A DNA stretch of 64,000 nt from a virus. Taxonomy: Duplodnaviria; Caudoviricetes. The position numbers and the translations under genes were made by a program. This document shows, piece after piece, positions 48,687 through 57,461 of the stretch. Location: IMG/VR virus record IMGVR_UViG_3300044719_000253, positions 162,012 to 226,011 of that record; one strand, given 5' to 3'. The notes beneath the pieces are model-generated. The model had not been told where the DNA came from and made no database searches. It saw only the letters and a list, made by a program, of their open reading frames with translations. How positions within the stretch are numbered: position 1 is the stretch's first letter; each line of letters starts with the position of its first letter.

Positions 48687-48908
48687 TTATTGGGCGAGCT
48701 TTTCTGCCAGCTCAGCGGCTTTCTGTTGATCGAGACTGGCTTGGAACCACCATTCCGGAATGACCTGGGGATTCCCGCTGCGGGCGACTTCTTCCGATTC
48801 GATGGCTTTGTCGAGCCACTCTTCAGCAGTGTATTTCGTGATCGGTACACCGAGTCGTTCTTCAACGACCCGAGCGCGCATTTTATCGAGTGCGGAAAGT
48901 TCAGCCAT
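48687..48908 (-). CDS. Small hypothetical protein
   Basis: GAAGG RBS, start MAELSALD. Confidence 0.65.
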   Translation of the reverse strand: MAELSALDKMRARVVEERLGVPITKYTAEEWLDKAIESEEVARSGNPQVIPEWWFQASLDQQKAAELAEKLAQ

Positions 48909-49179
48909 GTTGACCTTCTTTTTGTTTGTTAAAATACTTGCTAAAGAGCCCATTCGTCGCGTTATCCAGTGCTTCGACCATGTGGTCTGCTGCGCCGGGA
49001 TCTGTGACCATTGCACCAAAATCCGTCATCAACCAATTGGTGCCACTGGTTTCTGGCAGATCAATATTCACACCACCCATAGCGGGAAATAACCGCAGCG
49101 CCTGGCGGGTCGCTCGGGATAACCGAGCTTTCTTTTTGTATTGTCGTTTATGCGCTTGCGCTTTTTGTTGGTTATTCAT
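48901..49179 (-). CDS. Hypothetical protein with basic N-terminus
   Basis: 92 aa with AAGGAG RBS. Confidence 0.7.
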   Translation of the reverse strand: MNNQQKAQAHKRQYKKKARLSRATRQALRLFPAMGGVNIDLPETSGTNWLMTDFGAMVTDPGAADHMVEALDNATNGLFSKYFNKQKEGQHG

Positions 49180-49188
49180 TTGCGCTCC

Positions 49189-49509
49189 TTAAAAGAAATG
49201 GTACCAACGTTTCAGGCCTGCCTTCAGGAAGGTCAGAGGAATCCCGAGTTTGTCGGCGAGCTGTTGTTGGGTCAGATAGGCGCCATAGGCAAAACGATCG
49301 ATCTCGTCGCGACCCACCCGACGACCTTCGAAGATGGCATCAGTGATGAGTTGTACGGCACGCGCACGTTGATCCGCCAGACGTTTCATCTCTTGCTCCC
49401 GTGAAGCGAGGATCAGTTGCTCAGCAATACCGAGCATGCCGTGCACCACGCCGATGACCGCCGAATCCACGTAAGGCTCGACGTTCCGTTGTGCGGTATT
49501 GGATTTCAT
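49189..49509 (-). CDS. Hypothetical protein, possible C-terminal HTH
   Basis: 106 aa with GGAGG RBS and YLTQQQLADKLGI. Confidence 0.65.
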   Translation of the reverse strand: MKSNTAQRNVEPYVDSAVIGVVHGMLGIAEQLILASREQEMKRLADQRARAVQLITDAIFEGRRVGRDEIDRFAYGAYLTQQQLADKLGIPLTFLKAGLKRWYHFF

Positions 49510-49539
49510 ACTGCCTCCCTCTAGTGATATAGGCGCGAA

Positions 49540-49587
49540 ATAAAAAAGAGCATAGTCCGCCTAGGGGCAATGCCCCTAGGCGTATGC
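49540..49587 (-). terminator. GCATA...TATGC family terminator
   Basis: 11-bp stem CGCCTAGGGGC/GCCCCTAGGCG with A-tract (U-tract on minus). Confidence 0.75.
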
Positions 49588-49594
49588 TGTCTGG

Positions 49595-49813
49595 TTAGTG
49601 CAGGGTTTCGATGGTGCGGTTGACTTGTTCGAATGTTTCACTCAGGGCTTGGTTGTAAGCTTGCGATGCCAAGGCGAAGTAATGTTCGAACTGGGCTTTG
49701 GCAATCTCGACCAAATCGGAGTCAGCACCCCAAAGTTGTTCGACCCGTTCGATATTGGTTTGATGGAACTTGGCTTTCGCCAGCAGATGTTCTGCAGTTT
49801 GCATGGTTAACAT
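49595..49813 (-). CDS. Hypothetical helical protein
   Basis: AAGGA RBS supports start MLTMQ at 49813. Confidence 0.65.
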   Translation of the reverse strand: MLTMQTAEHLLAKAKFHQTNIERVEQLWGADSDLVEIAKAQFEHYFALASQAYNQALSETFEQVNRTIETLH

Positions 49814-49836
49814 GTAACGATTCCTTGTGTTAATGA

Positions 49837-50184
49837 TTAATACGCCATCGGAAACGGACTCATGAGGAAATAGAGTAACCACCCCCATAACGCGACTGTA
49901 GTGATTACGACAATCGGCTTCATGTTGGGGTAACTTGTCCATATACCGGCAGCTAAAAACACACCTGACAACACCATGACACCGGTCAGGAGAAGTGAGG
50001 TGTTTGGAGCGAAAAATGTATCAGGTGGATAGTTGTTGTACAGGAACTCCCGAGTGTCCATTGGAACCAACCCGTAGAACAAAATGATAAAAGCGCTTGG
50101 TCCAAGAAAGTACATGATCGCAGAACTACCAAGCAATAGCCCAGAAAACACGGCTTCAATGATGGCACTGACTGAAACTTTCAT
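49837..50184 (-). CDS. Multi-pass membrane protein
   Basis: 115 aa with 3-4 hydrophobic segments. Visibly more AT-rich than the core genes. Confidence 0.7.
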   Translation of the reverse strand: MKVSVSAIIEAVFSGLLLGSSAIMYFLGPSAFIILFYGLVPMDTREFLYNNYPPDTFFAPNTSLLLTGVMVLSGVFLAAGIWTSYPNMKPIVVITTVALWGWLLYFLMSPFPMAY

Positions 50185-50201
50185 GATGACCTCGCTGGAA
50201 G

Positions 50202-50354
50202 TTAACCGCCGATGGCGTGTTTGAAAGCAATGATCATGAGCGCGGTCACGATCCCGGTCACGATCAGGGTGATCTTGCGGTCGCTCCGGTCACGGTGCTC
50301 GGCAGCGATGGTTTGACCGATGGCGCTGTTGTTGAACTCGTTAATTTGGTACAT
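50202..50354 (-). CDS. Small membrane protein (50 aa, absent from the ORF track)
   Basis: Leader motif plus AAGGAG RBS. Translates to MYQINEFNNSAIGQTIAAEHRDRSDRKITLIVTGIVTALMIIAFKHAIGG. Confidence 0.75.
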   Translation of the reverse strand: MYQINEFNNSAIGQTIAAEHRDRSDRKITLIVTGIVTALMIIAFKHAIGG

Positions 50355-50468
50355 GGTGAAACTCCTTGTGTTGTTGGTTATAGGAAAGAAAATGTTTGTG
50401 AGAAACCGCAGCCTCTCAAAACCATTCTCACTCTAGGCCACCCGCAGGCAGCCTAGAGGGATGAAGGA

Positions 50469-51740
50469 TTATTCCAGTTCGTCGATCAGCGACAGGGTAA
50501 TGTCGTTGGCTTGGTGAACCGAGAACGGTTCGCCGTTGATGAGGATAGTCCGGACCACCGTCACGTACTTGCCGGGCACACCGTCAGCAACAGCCATGCG
50601 GTACCCGAGGTTTTGTTTCCTCAGTTCAGCCAGCAGTTTGCGGGCTTCCTTGTAGCTGAAGCGCTGACCCTTGATCGTGATGCCGCCGACTTCGACCAGC
50701 GGTACCTCTTTCGGCTTGTCCTCCGAAGCAGCTTCGACCAGATCCGGCAGATTGCTCGGCGTCGGAATCGGGGTTTCGTTCGGGTTGACGAATTCACCGA
50801 CCGGGGTATCCGGTGCCGTTTGGGGGTCAGCGCCGACGGGGAAGTCGGTGTTCTTTTGGAACACTTTGGATTGGATGGCGTACTCGGTTTTGGTTTGCAT
50901 CTCGGGTTCCTGGTTGAGCGGGAGTTGCGGTTGCGGGGTGGGGGTTTCCAGCGGGATGTTGGGTTTATACGGTTCCAAGCCTTCCGGCATCGGCACATCA
51001 TCGTTCAGGCGATACTGGAATTCCTGATAGTTCGACTTGTCGACGGCGACCATGTCACGCTTGACCATGAAGCGCAGATGGTAGCGAACGATGTCCGACG
51101 GATAGAAGTCTGCCAGCAGCGTCACCAGATCCGCCGACTTGTACCATGCATGGTCCATCATGGTCTTCCACAACGCGACCCGGACCGGATCGTTGGGTTC
51201 GACCACGAACACCTTTGCCTGTTTCGGTTCAGACCAGTGTACTGCCGTCGGCTCGGGTTCACCGGCCACAAACAGCGGATTGGTCGGCATTTGTTGCGGT
51301 TGGTTGTCCTGGGGTTGCATGATGGTCTCCGAAGTGTCGATGGTGCGGCGTTTGCGGTAGGTGATCGGCACAGCCGCGCGAGTCGGTTGCAGTACGATTT
51401 CGCTTTCCTTGACCTTGATCACCGGCTTGGTGTCATTCGTGAAGTCCGGACGCTTGGCGCCTTTCTTCAGTTCGTAGAGCACCTTACTTTTACCGCCATG
51501 CGCTTGCGTGAACATGTTGCGCTTGTGCAGCATCACCACCATGCGGCGATTGACATCGTCGCGTTTATACCCGAGCACCGCCAAGGCACTCACGACTTCG
51601 TTGACAGACCGTTTGCGGCCGTCTGCCATCAAGTCGTAAATCGCCAAGTCCAGATACAAGGGCGTGGTCGCCGCTTCACCGGTCATCTTGAGTTGGGAAA
51701 AATCCGATTGCAGCGTAAAGGTTTGTTGTGCTGGTTTCAT
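50469..51740 (-). CDS. Multi-domain protein with two winged-helix-like domains and Pro-rich linkers
   Basis: Leader motif plus RBS, start MKPAQQTF. Domains IYDLMADG...LYEL and LWKTMMDHAW...QYRL..VPMP. Confidence 0.7.
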   Translation of the reverse strand: MKPAQQTFTLQSDFSQLKMTGEAATTPLYLDLAIYDLMADGRKRSVNEVVSALAVLGYKRDDVNRRMVVMLHKRNMFTQAHGGKSKVLYELKKGAKRPDFTNDTKPVIKVKESEIVLQPTRAAVPITYRKRRTIDTSETIMQPQDNQPQQMPTNPLFVAGEPEPTAVHWSEPKQAKVFVVEPNDPVRVALWKTMMDHAWYKSADLVTLLADFYPSDIVRYHLRFMVKRDMVAVDKSNYQEFQYRLNDDVPMPEGLEPYKPNIPLETPTPQPQLPLNQEPEMQTKTEYAIQSKVFQKNTDFPVGADPQTAPDTPVGEFVNPNETPIPTPSNLPDLVEAASEDKPKEVPLVEVGGITIKGQRFSYKEARKLLAELRKQNLGYRMAVADGVPGKYVTVVRTILINGEPFSVHQANDITLSLIDELE

Positions 51741-51872
51741 GATATCCTTGTTGTTAGTTATACCAAGTAGGTTGTCACCCACCTGATTGGAATACTGAAT
51801 AATTTTCTTACCCAATTATGATGCCTAAAGCGCATCGGTTAGAACCACCCGGGCCCTAACCGATAAACTTTA

Positions 51873-52151
51873 TCAGGACACCTTGTGAAATTCATAGCCT
51901 TCACTCCAGCTCTCATTACGGTACTCCCAACGAGAGTCGCCACCGCACAGCTGCATCAGGTTAAACACCTGGCGTTGGTAATAATCAACGCACATATAGC
52001 GGCCGTTGTGCTCGAAGTGAAACCCGATTTTATCCAAATCGGGCATGGCACGAATTTCTTGCAAGGTGTAGGTGCAGCCTACTTTCGGATAACGAGTTTG
52101 TTCCTTCCATAACGTTTGCACTTTACCCAACAGCGTGGTAACGACACTCAT
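51873..52151 (-). CDS. Hypothetical protein
   Basis: 92 aa with AGGAG RBS. Confidence 0.7.
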   Translation of the reverse strand: MSVVTTLLGKVQTLWKEQTRYPKVGCTYTLQEIRAMPDLDKIGFHFEHNGRYMCVDYYQRQVFNLMQLCGGDSRWEYRNESWSEGYEFHKVS

Positions 52152-52168
52152 GTTAAGCTCCTATGAAA

Positions 52169-52261
52169 TCAATTAATGAATTGCTCGACAATGTCCGACA
52201 AGCCCGACAACAGCAGGGCGGTACAGATGACGATGAAGATAATGCGGGTATGCAGTTTCAT
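52169..52261 (-). CDS. 30-aa membrane peptide (absent from the ORF track)
   Basis: AAGGAG RBS. Translates to MKLHTRIIFIVICTALLLSGLSDIVEQFIN. Confidence 0.65.
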   Translation of the reverse strand: MKLHTRIIFIVICTALLLSGLSDIVEQFIN

Positions 52262-52285
52262 GATGGTTCTCCTTTTTCGTACAGG

Positions 52286-52603
52286 TTAAAATTTCTTCAC
52301 GATGACGTAGGCTTGCAACTCGCCTTGGCGGGGACAGTAAAACGCTCCAGCGATATTGCGGTCATACGCCAGATGTTCATTCTTGATAAAGCTCAAGCGG
52401 TCCACCATTTTACAATGGCGCATCGCGAGAGCGGTACGACCCAACGACCGGCGGGTCATATTCTTGGCCTGGTACGTCACGAATTGCACCCGGTGTTTGT
52501 GGTCTGACAAACGGTAGGTGCGCTCTTGATGACCGAGCGCAAAATGCGAAAACAACAGCAGATACAGAAATACAGCGATACGGATGGGAAAGTCTTTCAT
52601 CAT
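52286..52603 (-). CDS. Putative secreted or membrane-anchored protein
   Basis: AAAGGA RBS and hydrophobic N-terminus IAVFLYLLLFSHFALG. Confidence 0.65.
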   Translation of the reverse strand: MMKDFPIRIAVFLYLLLFSHFALGHQERTYRLSDHKHRVQFVTYQAKNMTRRSLGRTALAMRHCKMVDRLSFIKNEHLAYDRNIAGAFYCPRQGELQAYVIVKKF

Positions 52604-52619
52604 GTTTCCTTTTGAATAA

Positions 52620-52919
52620 TTAATGATACACGGAGTTGAGTGCATGGTAGGTGATCACGGCTTCTTCCAGCTCATCGACACGTTCACCATACTGCAAACT
52701 CATCCGTTGTGAGGCCAGGTGATACTCGCTGGCTTCGAGCATCGCCGCGCGGGTGAAAGCATGATGCTCCCCATAGCGGTTTTGCGCGTCAACCAAACGT
52801 TGCACCGACTTCCGGGCTTCGCCATAAGCGTAATCGCCGATCCATTCCAGAATGTCCACAACCACTTCCAGACGATCGACTTGTTGCAAGGCTTCTTGTA
52901 CCAAGGCGTGCATGATCAT
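52620..52919 (-). CDS. Hypothetical helical protein
   Basis: About 99 aa with AAAGGA RBS. Confidence 0.7.
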   Translation of the reverse strand: MIMHALVQEALQQVDRLEVVVDILEWIGDYAYGEARKSVQRLVDAQNRYGEHHAFTRAAMLEASEYHLASQRMSLQYGERVDELEEAVITYHALNSVYH

Positions 52920-52936
52920 TCCTTTCAATGTAGGGG

Positions 52937-53173
52937 TTATTTGGCTTGAACCGCGTAATACACTTTGTCGAATGATTTACCAAACACTTCGTTGTATGCC
53001 GTACGACCCTCTTTCAGTTGTCGCCACACGGCTTTGAGCCAGCCGGAGGGGAACATGTGGTACAGCACCATCACTCCTAAGTACAACAGAGTGATGAGGG
53101 TGAACAGTTCACGCAGAATGATCCCAAACGTGAACAGCAGATACAGTGCGACTTCAGTGGAGAATTGTTTCAT
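52937..53173 (-). CDS. Small membrane protein
   Basis: AGGA RBS, start MKQFSTEV, two hydrophobic segments. Confidence 0.65.
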   Translation of the reverse strand: MKQFSTEVALYLLFTFGIILRELFTLITLLYLGVMVLYHMFPSGWLKAVWRQLKEGRTAYNEVFGKSFDKVYYAVQAK

Positions 53174-53186
53174 AGGTGTTTCCTGG

Positions 53187-53414
53187 TTATTGCTTGGTGA
53201 GGTTTTCCCACAAGGCCTTGGACAAGCGCTGTAGCGCCAGCGCCGCCCTCGTCCGATCGTTGATATGTGCTTTAGGTGCACCGCGGTATAATGTTTCGCC
53301 ATCACTCGCCGCAGTGACTTGCTGAATCAAATGCAGATCTGTTTTCAGTTCTTCCTTTTGCTCATCCGTCAGAGAGTCAAACAGATGAATCATTTTGCCG
53401 ATCGTGGTTGTCAT
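53187..53414 (-). CDS. Hypothetical protein
   Basis: Leader motif plus AAGGA RBS, start MTTTIGK. Confidence 0.7.
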   Translation of the reverse strand: MTTTIGKMIHLFDSLTDEQKEELKTDLHLIQQVTAASDGETLYRGAPKAHINDRTRAALALQRLSKALWENLTKQ

Positions 53415-53494
53415 GATAAAATTCCTTAAGTGTTGTTGGTTATAAGTGCAAAGTGCATCCACTAACCTGCTCGTAAACAGGCTAGGAGATTACT

Positions 53495-53851
53495 TTACTT
53501 GTACGAATCGGGGATCGCGAAGATGTGGTTAAACTTGTCGATCGAATCGATCGTGCCAAACGTGAGAAAACCATTACGGCTCATCGACGCCAACTGCGCC
53601 ATCCTCGGATCGCAGCAATAGCAGATTTGACCTTGGCTATTGTTGAACATCACAAGGGCACCATCCAGCGTATTGATGGCCAGAAATGGATACCCTTCCA
53701 TTGATTTACCCCGCAGCACTTGATCGCGCTTGAGGGCTTTGACTTCTGGATTGAACGTAGCTTCAAAGATACGCGGAACGATAGCGCTGTACGAGCGCAC
53801 GTTGTTGGTATCGTTGTAGCGATCGTTAAAAGCTTTGAGAATGTCTTGCAT
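53495..53851 (-). CDS. Hypothetical protein
   Basis: 118 aa with leader motif plus AAAGGA RBS. Confidence 0.75.
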   Translation of the reverse strand: MQDILKAFNDRYNDTNNVRSYSAIVPRIFEATFNPEVKALKRDQVLRGKSMEGYPFLAINTLDGALVMFNNSQGQICYCCDPRMAQLASMSRNGFLTFGTIDSIDKFNHIFAIPDSYK

Positions 53852-53883
53852 GATAGATCCTTTCTGTTGTTAGTTATGAGTTG

Positions 53884-53915
53884 CATCCGTAAGGGTTTTA
53901 TCGCCCTTACGGATG
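53884..53915. other. Perfect 12-bp intergenic hairpin without U-tract
   Basis: CATCCGTAAGGG/CCCTTACGGATG. Confidence 0.6.
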
Positions 53916-53933
53916 AATCCTCGGCATTTAGTC

Positions 53934-54266
53934 TTACCGACGGTTTACACCGAGTAAGCGTTCCAGGCGTGCTACCTTGGCTTTTAACTCAGCGATCTCT
54001 TTTTCCAGTTCCAGATCGCGTCGCTTGACGACATAACGCACAATCCCACCAGGCGCACTTGTTTCTAAAATTCCCGCCTTGATGAGCTGGCCGAGTATGA
54101 CACGCAGAACAACTTCTTTCGAATGCTCCAGCGCCACTTCTTCCCGGTATCGTTCCACCACAGATAACGGCAGATACAAATCGATATCGCCAGGCGTAGC
54201 CCCCATCAACCCATGGTTAGCCACGATTCCTACGACCAGATCTTTCAAAACAGTTTCATGATTCAT
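53934..54266 (-). CDS. Hypothetical protein with C-terminal coiled coil
   Basis: GAGGA RBS, start MNHETVL, C-term LEKEIAELKAKVARLERLL. Confidence 0.7.
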   Translation of the reverse strand: MNHETVLKDLVVGIVANHGLMGATPGDIDLYLPLSVVERYREEVALEHSKEVVLRVILGQLIKAGILETSAPGGIVRYVVKRRDLELEKEIAELKAKVARLERLLGVNRR

Positions 54267-54661
54267 GTATTCCTCTCGATGGTTAATATTGCAGGGAACA
54301 TTGTGTTTCCTATTCACCCTAGGTATATAGTTTTGAAATTTTCTAGTGCCATATTCAAATGACGTCATAACGCCAGTCCTTAATGGACTGGCTTAGCGTC
54401 TTGTTAATTCTCTTTTATAAGGGCTCGCCTCTTGGCTCGCCCCCAAACCCCCAAAGCATAGATCTAAAGATAGGGATAGAGACAGACACAGCATGCACCC
54501 GGGGGATAGGGGTAGGGGTGGAGTGGGGCTATCAATTAAGGTCCCCACAACGCAGCTCTCCAAATAAGTGAGGAGAACACCGTCGAACTCGCAAACGGTA
54601 AAGTTTGCACAGCATAGAAGCTCATCCGTAAAAAACTAACCGAAACGTAAGTGAACAACAA

Positions 54662-54711
54662 CATACCCCCTCCTAGCCCATAAGAGGGCTAGGAGGGCAG
54701 TATTTATGCCG
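54662..54711 (-). terminator. CATA...TATGCCG family hairpin
   Basis: 12-bp stem CCCTCCTAGCCC/GGGCTAGGAGGG at the end of the CYTH gene. Confidence 0.65.
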
Positions 54712-55402
54712 CTGGTTTCTCGATCACATCCGGATAGGTTTGCACCAGATACGGATTGGGTAGACTCAGGAACGGTTTCATCTGATCAATGACATGTTGC
54801 TGTTCCATGGTGGGGGTTTCCACCTTGGCATTGAACGCATCCAAAAACCCAGCAGGCAGATCGGGGATCGGGTAGTCCAGCGAAGGTACTTCGATATCGA
54901 TTTTCGCCCACGAGATGTACTTGGTCGAATACATCGATTCCCCCGGTTCGACGAACATGTCGACTTCCCAGGTCAGCTCAGTCCCCACGATCGGAAAGCG
55001 ATAGCGATGTTTGATCATGCCCGATTCGGCCATGACTTGGAACGCCTTGAGCTGGTCTTCAGTCGATTCCACCGAGACTTCCAAGGACGTACCATCCGAA
55101 CGTTTGAGCTTGGTAGTCAAGACGATTTGCTCGGTGACATTGAGCGTATCGAAGTGGCCATTATGAATTGGCTTGTTAATCACCTTTCTGACGCGATTAG
55201 AGCCCATTCCAGCGTTGCCATCGGTCTTGTTCTGCCACAACCCCCACTGCTGTTGAATTTCGCAGCACATGGCGTTTAAGAGCGTTTCTGGCGATGCCAC
55301 CCGGGCATAGAACATGTGCTCGATCTCAGCCTTCAATGTCCCGCTGACATCTTCAGCTTCGGTCGACAGTTTGGTAAATGCATTTGAGCGAAAACGGCGC
55401 AT
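54704..55402 (-). CDS. CYTH-domain (triphosphate tunnel) protein
   Basis: AEIEHMFY (ExExK-like), KHRYRFP, WEVDMF and IDIEV. Confidence 0.75.
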   Translation of the reverse strand: MRRFRSNAFTKLSTEAEDVSGTLKAEIEHMFYARVASPETLLNAMCCEIQQQWGLWQNKTDGNAGMGSNRVRKVINKPIHNGHFDTLNVTEQIVLTTKLKRSDGTSLEVSVESTEDQLKAFQVMAESGMIKHRYRFPIVGTELTWEVDMFVEPGESMYSTKYISWAKIDIEVPSLDYPIPDLPAGFLDAFNAKVETPTMEQQHVIDQMKPFLSLPNPYLVQTYPDVIEKPAA

Positions 55403-55406
55403 GATG

Positions 55407-55955
55407 TTATTTTGAACTAAAGATGATTTTGATGACCTCGGCAGCGGTCTCCATGATGGTTTTGAAGACGGCGTTGTCGGCAGTATGGTTGTGGGTCATG
55501 ATGGCCACCATTGCCCCCATCAGAATGAACAGGGTGCCGATTACACACACCACGGCGCACTTGACCAACCAACGGTGCAGTTGGCGGTCTTCCTTCTGCT
55601 CATCCGTTTCACGGGGACCGAAGACCGCGGCAGCTTCTTGCTCTTCATATTGCCCATCGCCTTGACCGCGTTCATGGGTGGCGTTGCCTTTGTCCGAGTG
55701 AGCGAAATGAGATAAATATCGATCGAGCAAATGGTGCAGATCCAGCGCCGGCACATGGGTCAGGTAATGTTTGAACTCCTGTCCATAAGTGTCACCAGTG
55801 ACCATCTTCAAATGCTCGTCTTCTGCCGCTTGTGCAACGATCGCCAGTTTGTTGTAGTCATTCACCAGTTCCGCCACAGCGGGGGAATTGGTGATGAGTT
55901 GAAGCATCGGTTGGTCGTTATCGATCTTGCGCAGCACATGTCCGATGACACGCAT
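55407..55955 (-). CDS. Membrane protein with C-terminal TM helices, lysis-associated candidate
   Basis: AAAGGA RBS, start MRVIGH, TM CAVVCVIGTLFILMGAMVAIM, directly downstream of the spanins. Confidence 0.65.
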   Translation of the reverse strand: MRVIGHVLRKIDNDQPMLQLITNSPAVAELVNDYNKLAIVAQAAEDEHLKMVTGDTYGQEFKHYLTHVPALDLHHLLDRYLSHFAHSDKGNATHERGQGDGQYEEQEAAAVFGPRETDEQKEDRQLHRWLVKCAVVCVIGTLFILMGAMVAIMTHNHTADNAVFKTIMETAAEVIKIIFSSK

Positions 55956-55957
55956 GA

Positions 55958-56407
55958 CTATTCCTTTTGCTGAGTATTCAGCGCTTGGGTGGCGGTCACT
56001 TTCCATTCCCGCAATTGTTGGAGCCGCTTATTACAAGCATCCAGATTCTGGTATTGATGCATGGCCAGATCGCTGAGCTGACCCTCGCGGGCTTCGAGCT
56101 CTTTGATCTTCTTGACATACAGCGCTTGGTAATACGCCGAATCCTTTTGCAAGCTGATGTTCGGGTTGATGCCCGGGGTTGCGGCTACATATGTCGCTTT
56201 GGCCGGGGGCGGTGTCACCTCGCAATTCACCAACAGATTGTCAGCTGGTGCGACCACGATGTGTTGAGTGATCACGGTCGGGGCTTTCGGCAGCGTGTCG
56301 CAACCAGCCAACATCATAGCGGTAGCGCCACTGGCGACCAGGACCACGCCGCGCAGATAAAATAGCTGAAAGAGTTGGCTGATGAAGGTTTGCAAAGATT
56401 TACGCAT
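55958..56407 (-). CDS. Outer-membrane spanin (Rz1-like lipoprotein)
   Basis: Start MRKSLQ overlaps the end of the i-spanin gene. Lipobox MLAGC, LLVNCEVTPPP and C-term LDACNKRLQQLREW. Confidence 0.75.
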   Translation of the reverse strand: MRKSLQTFISQLFQLFYLRGVVLVASGATAMMLAGCDTLPKAPTVITQHIVVAPADNLLVNCEVTPPPAKATYVAATPGINPNISLQKDSAYYQALYVKKIKELEAREGQLSDLAMHQYQNLDACNKRLQQLREWKVTATQALNTQQKE

Positions 56408-56858
56408 GGGGTACTCCAGAAGACGGTTGAGGTTGGCAATCCGGCGCATCAGGTTGGGTAGCGCAATACGCTTGCCAGAGACCATCGATGCGGGCGGTCG
56501 AGAGTTGATCCGCTTCCGCCACCACATTCTCCGGGGTCGGCGGCAGCTCGGTATAAGTTTGTTCGATTTGCTGCTCACGATCAGCCACCTTGTGCTGGAT
56601 CGCGGTATGATGCTCTACCGTCTTTTGAACGGCTTGTTGTACAGCGACTTGGGTGTGTTCTTCGATCTTGGCGACGACTTGGTCAGTCTTGATCGCCTGC
56701 TGTTGCGATTTGATCGTAACTTGCTGGGCGGTGATCACCGTCTGGTCCTTGGTCACCTGATGTTGCAGGTACTCATACCGGCCCGCCAGGATAAAGCCAA
56801 TTGCCACCAATCCAATCAACAACCATCCTTTTAAGCTGATGCCGGTAAAGAGTTCCAT
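56400..56858 (-). CDS. Inner-membrane spanin (Rz-like)
   Basis: N-term TM (WLLIGLVAIGFILAG), long Gln-rich coiled coil, C-terminal Cys pair. Confidence 0.75.
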   Translation of the reverse strand: MELFTGISLKGWLLIGLVAIGFILAGRYEYLQHQVTKDQTVITAQQVTIKSQQQAIKTDQVVAKIEEHTQVAVQQAVQKTVEHHTAIQHKVADREQQIEQTYTELPPTPENVVAEADQLSTARIDGLWQAYCATQPDAPDCQPQPSSGVPHA

Positions 56859-56865
56859 GATAACC

Positions 56866-57450
56866 TCAACGGATTTGTTTCAAACGAGTGTAGGCAATGG
56901 CCAGACTGTCGACCGCGTGTTCCGACAAAATCTCCAGTGGCGCATTACCCGGGACAGCGAATTCACGATTCGCTTTGAGTGCATCTAATACGGATGATTT
57001 GTTGGTGCCGGCTTTCTTCGACCAGCCCACAGCCCCGACTGCGGTTTTAATCACCGATGGTTCAATCAAAGTCAGGGGCATGTACGGGTCGTATTCCAAC
57101 ACCGCCAAACGGATACTGTTGATCGATTTCAGCAATGGCGCATAGGCGCCTGGCGTGCGTCGATTAAAGAACGCGTCTTCGCTGGCGATGATGCTGGGCC
57201 GTAGGCGCCGGAAATATTTCACCAACGTGTCTTTATGGGCGTCGGTGCGGGCCCAGGTATGTCCGTGGGTGGCCACCAGTAAATCTTCATCATCCATGAG
57301 TTTGGTGGCCACCAACGTATATGCTTCGTACGAACGAACTTGATAGGTATACATATCCACATGCAAAACACCGAGCCCGAGATTGTGCGTCCCAGGGTCG
57401 GTGCCGCAGATGGTGAATGTATCCCCACTGTTGGCAGGGACATGGATCAT
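56866..57450 (-). CDS. ruvC: RuvC-like Holliday junction resolvase
   Basis: ICGTDPGTHNLG, IASEDAF and EHAVDSLAIA. Start adjusted to MIHVPAN. Confidence 0.85.
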   Translation of the reverse strand: MIHVPANSGDTFTICGTDPGTHNLGLGVLHVDMYTYQVRSYEAYTLVATKLMDDEDLLVATHGHTWARTDAHKDTLVKYFRRLRPSIIASEDAFFNRRTPGAYAPLLKSINSIRLAVLEYDPYMPLTLIEPSVIKTAVGAVGWSKKAGTNKSSVLDALKANREFAVPGNAPLEILSEHAVDSLAIAYTRLKQIR

Positions 57451-57461
57451 AAACAATTGCC

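Noticed and set aside
52163-52507. 114-aa plus-strand ORF in the accessory array
   Set aside because: It overlaps two minus-strand genes with strong RBSs in a uniformly minus-strand region.
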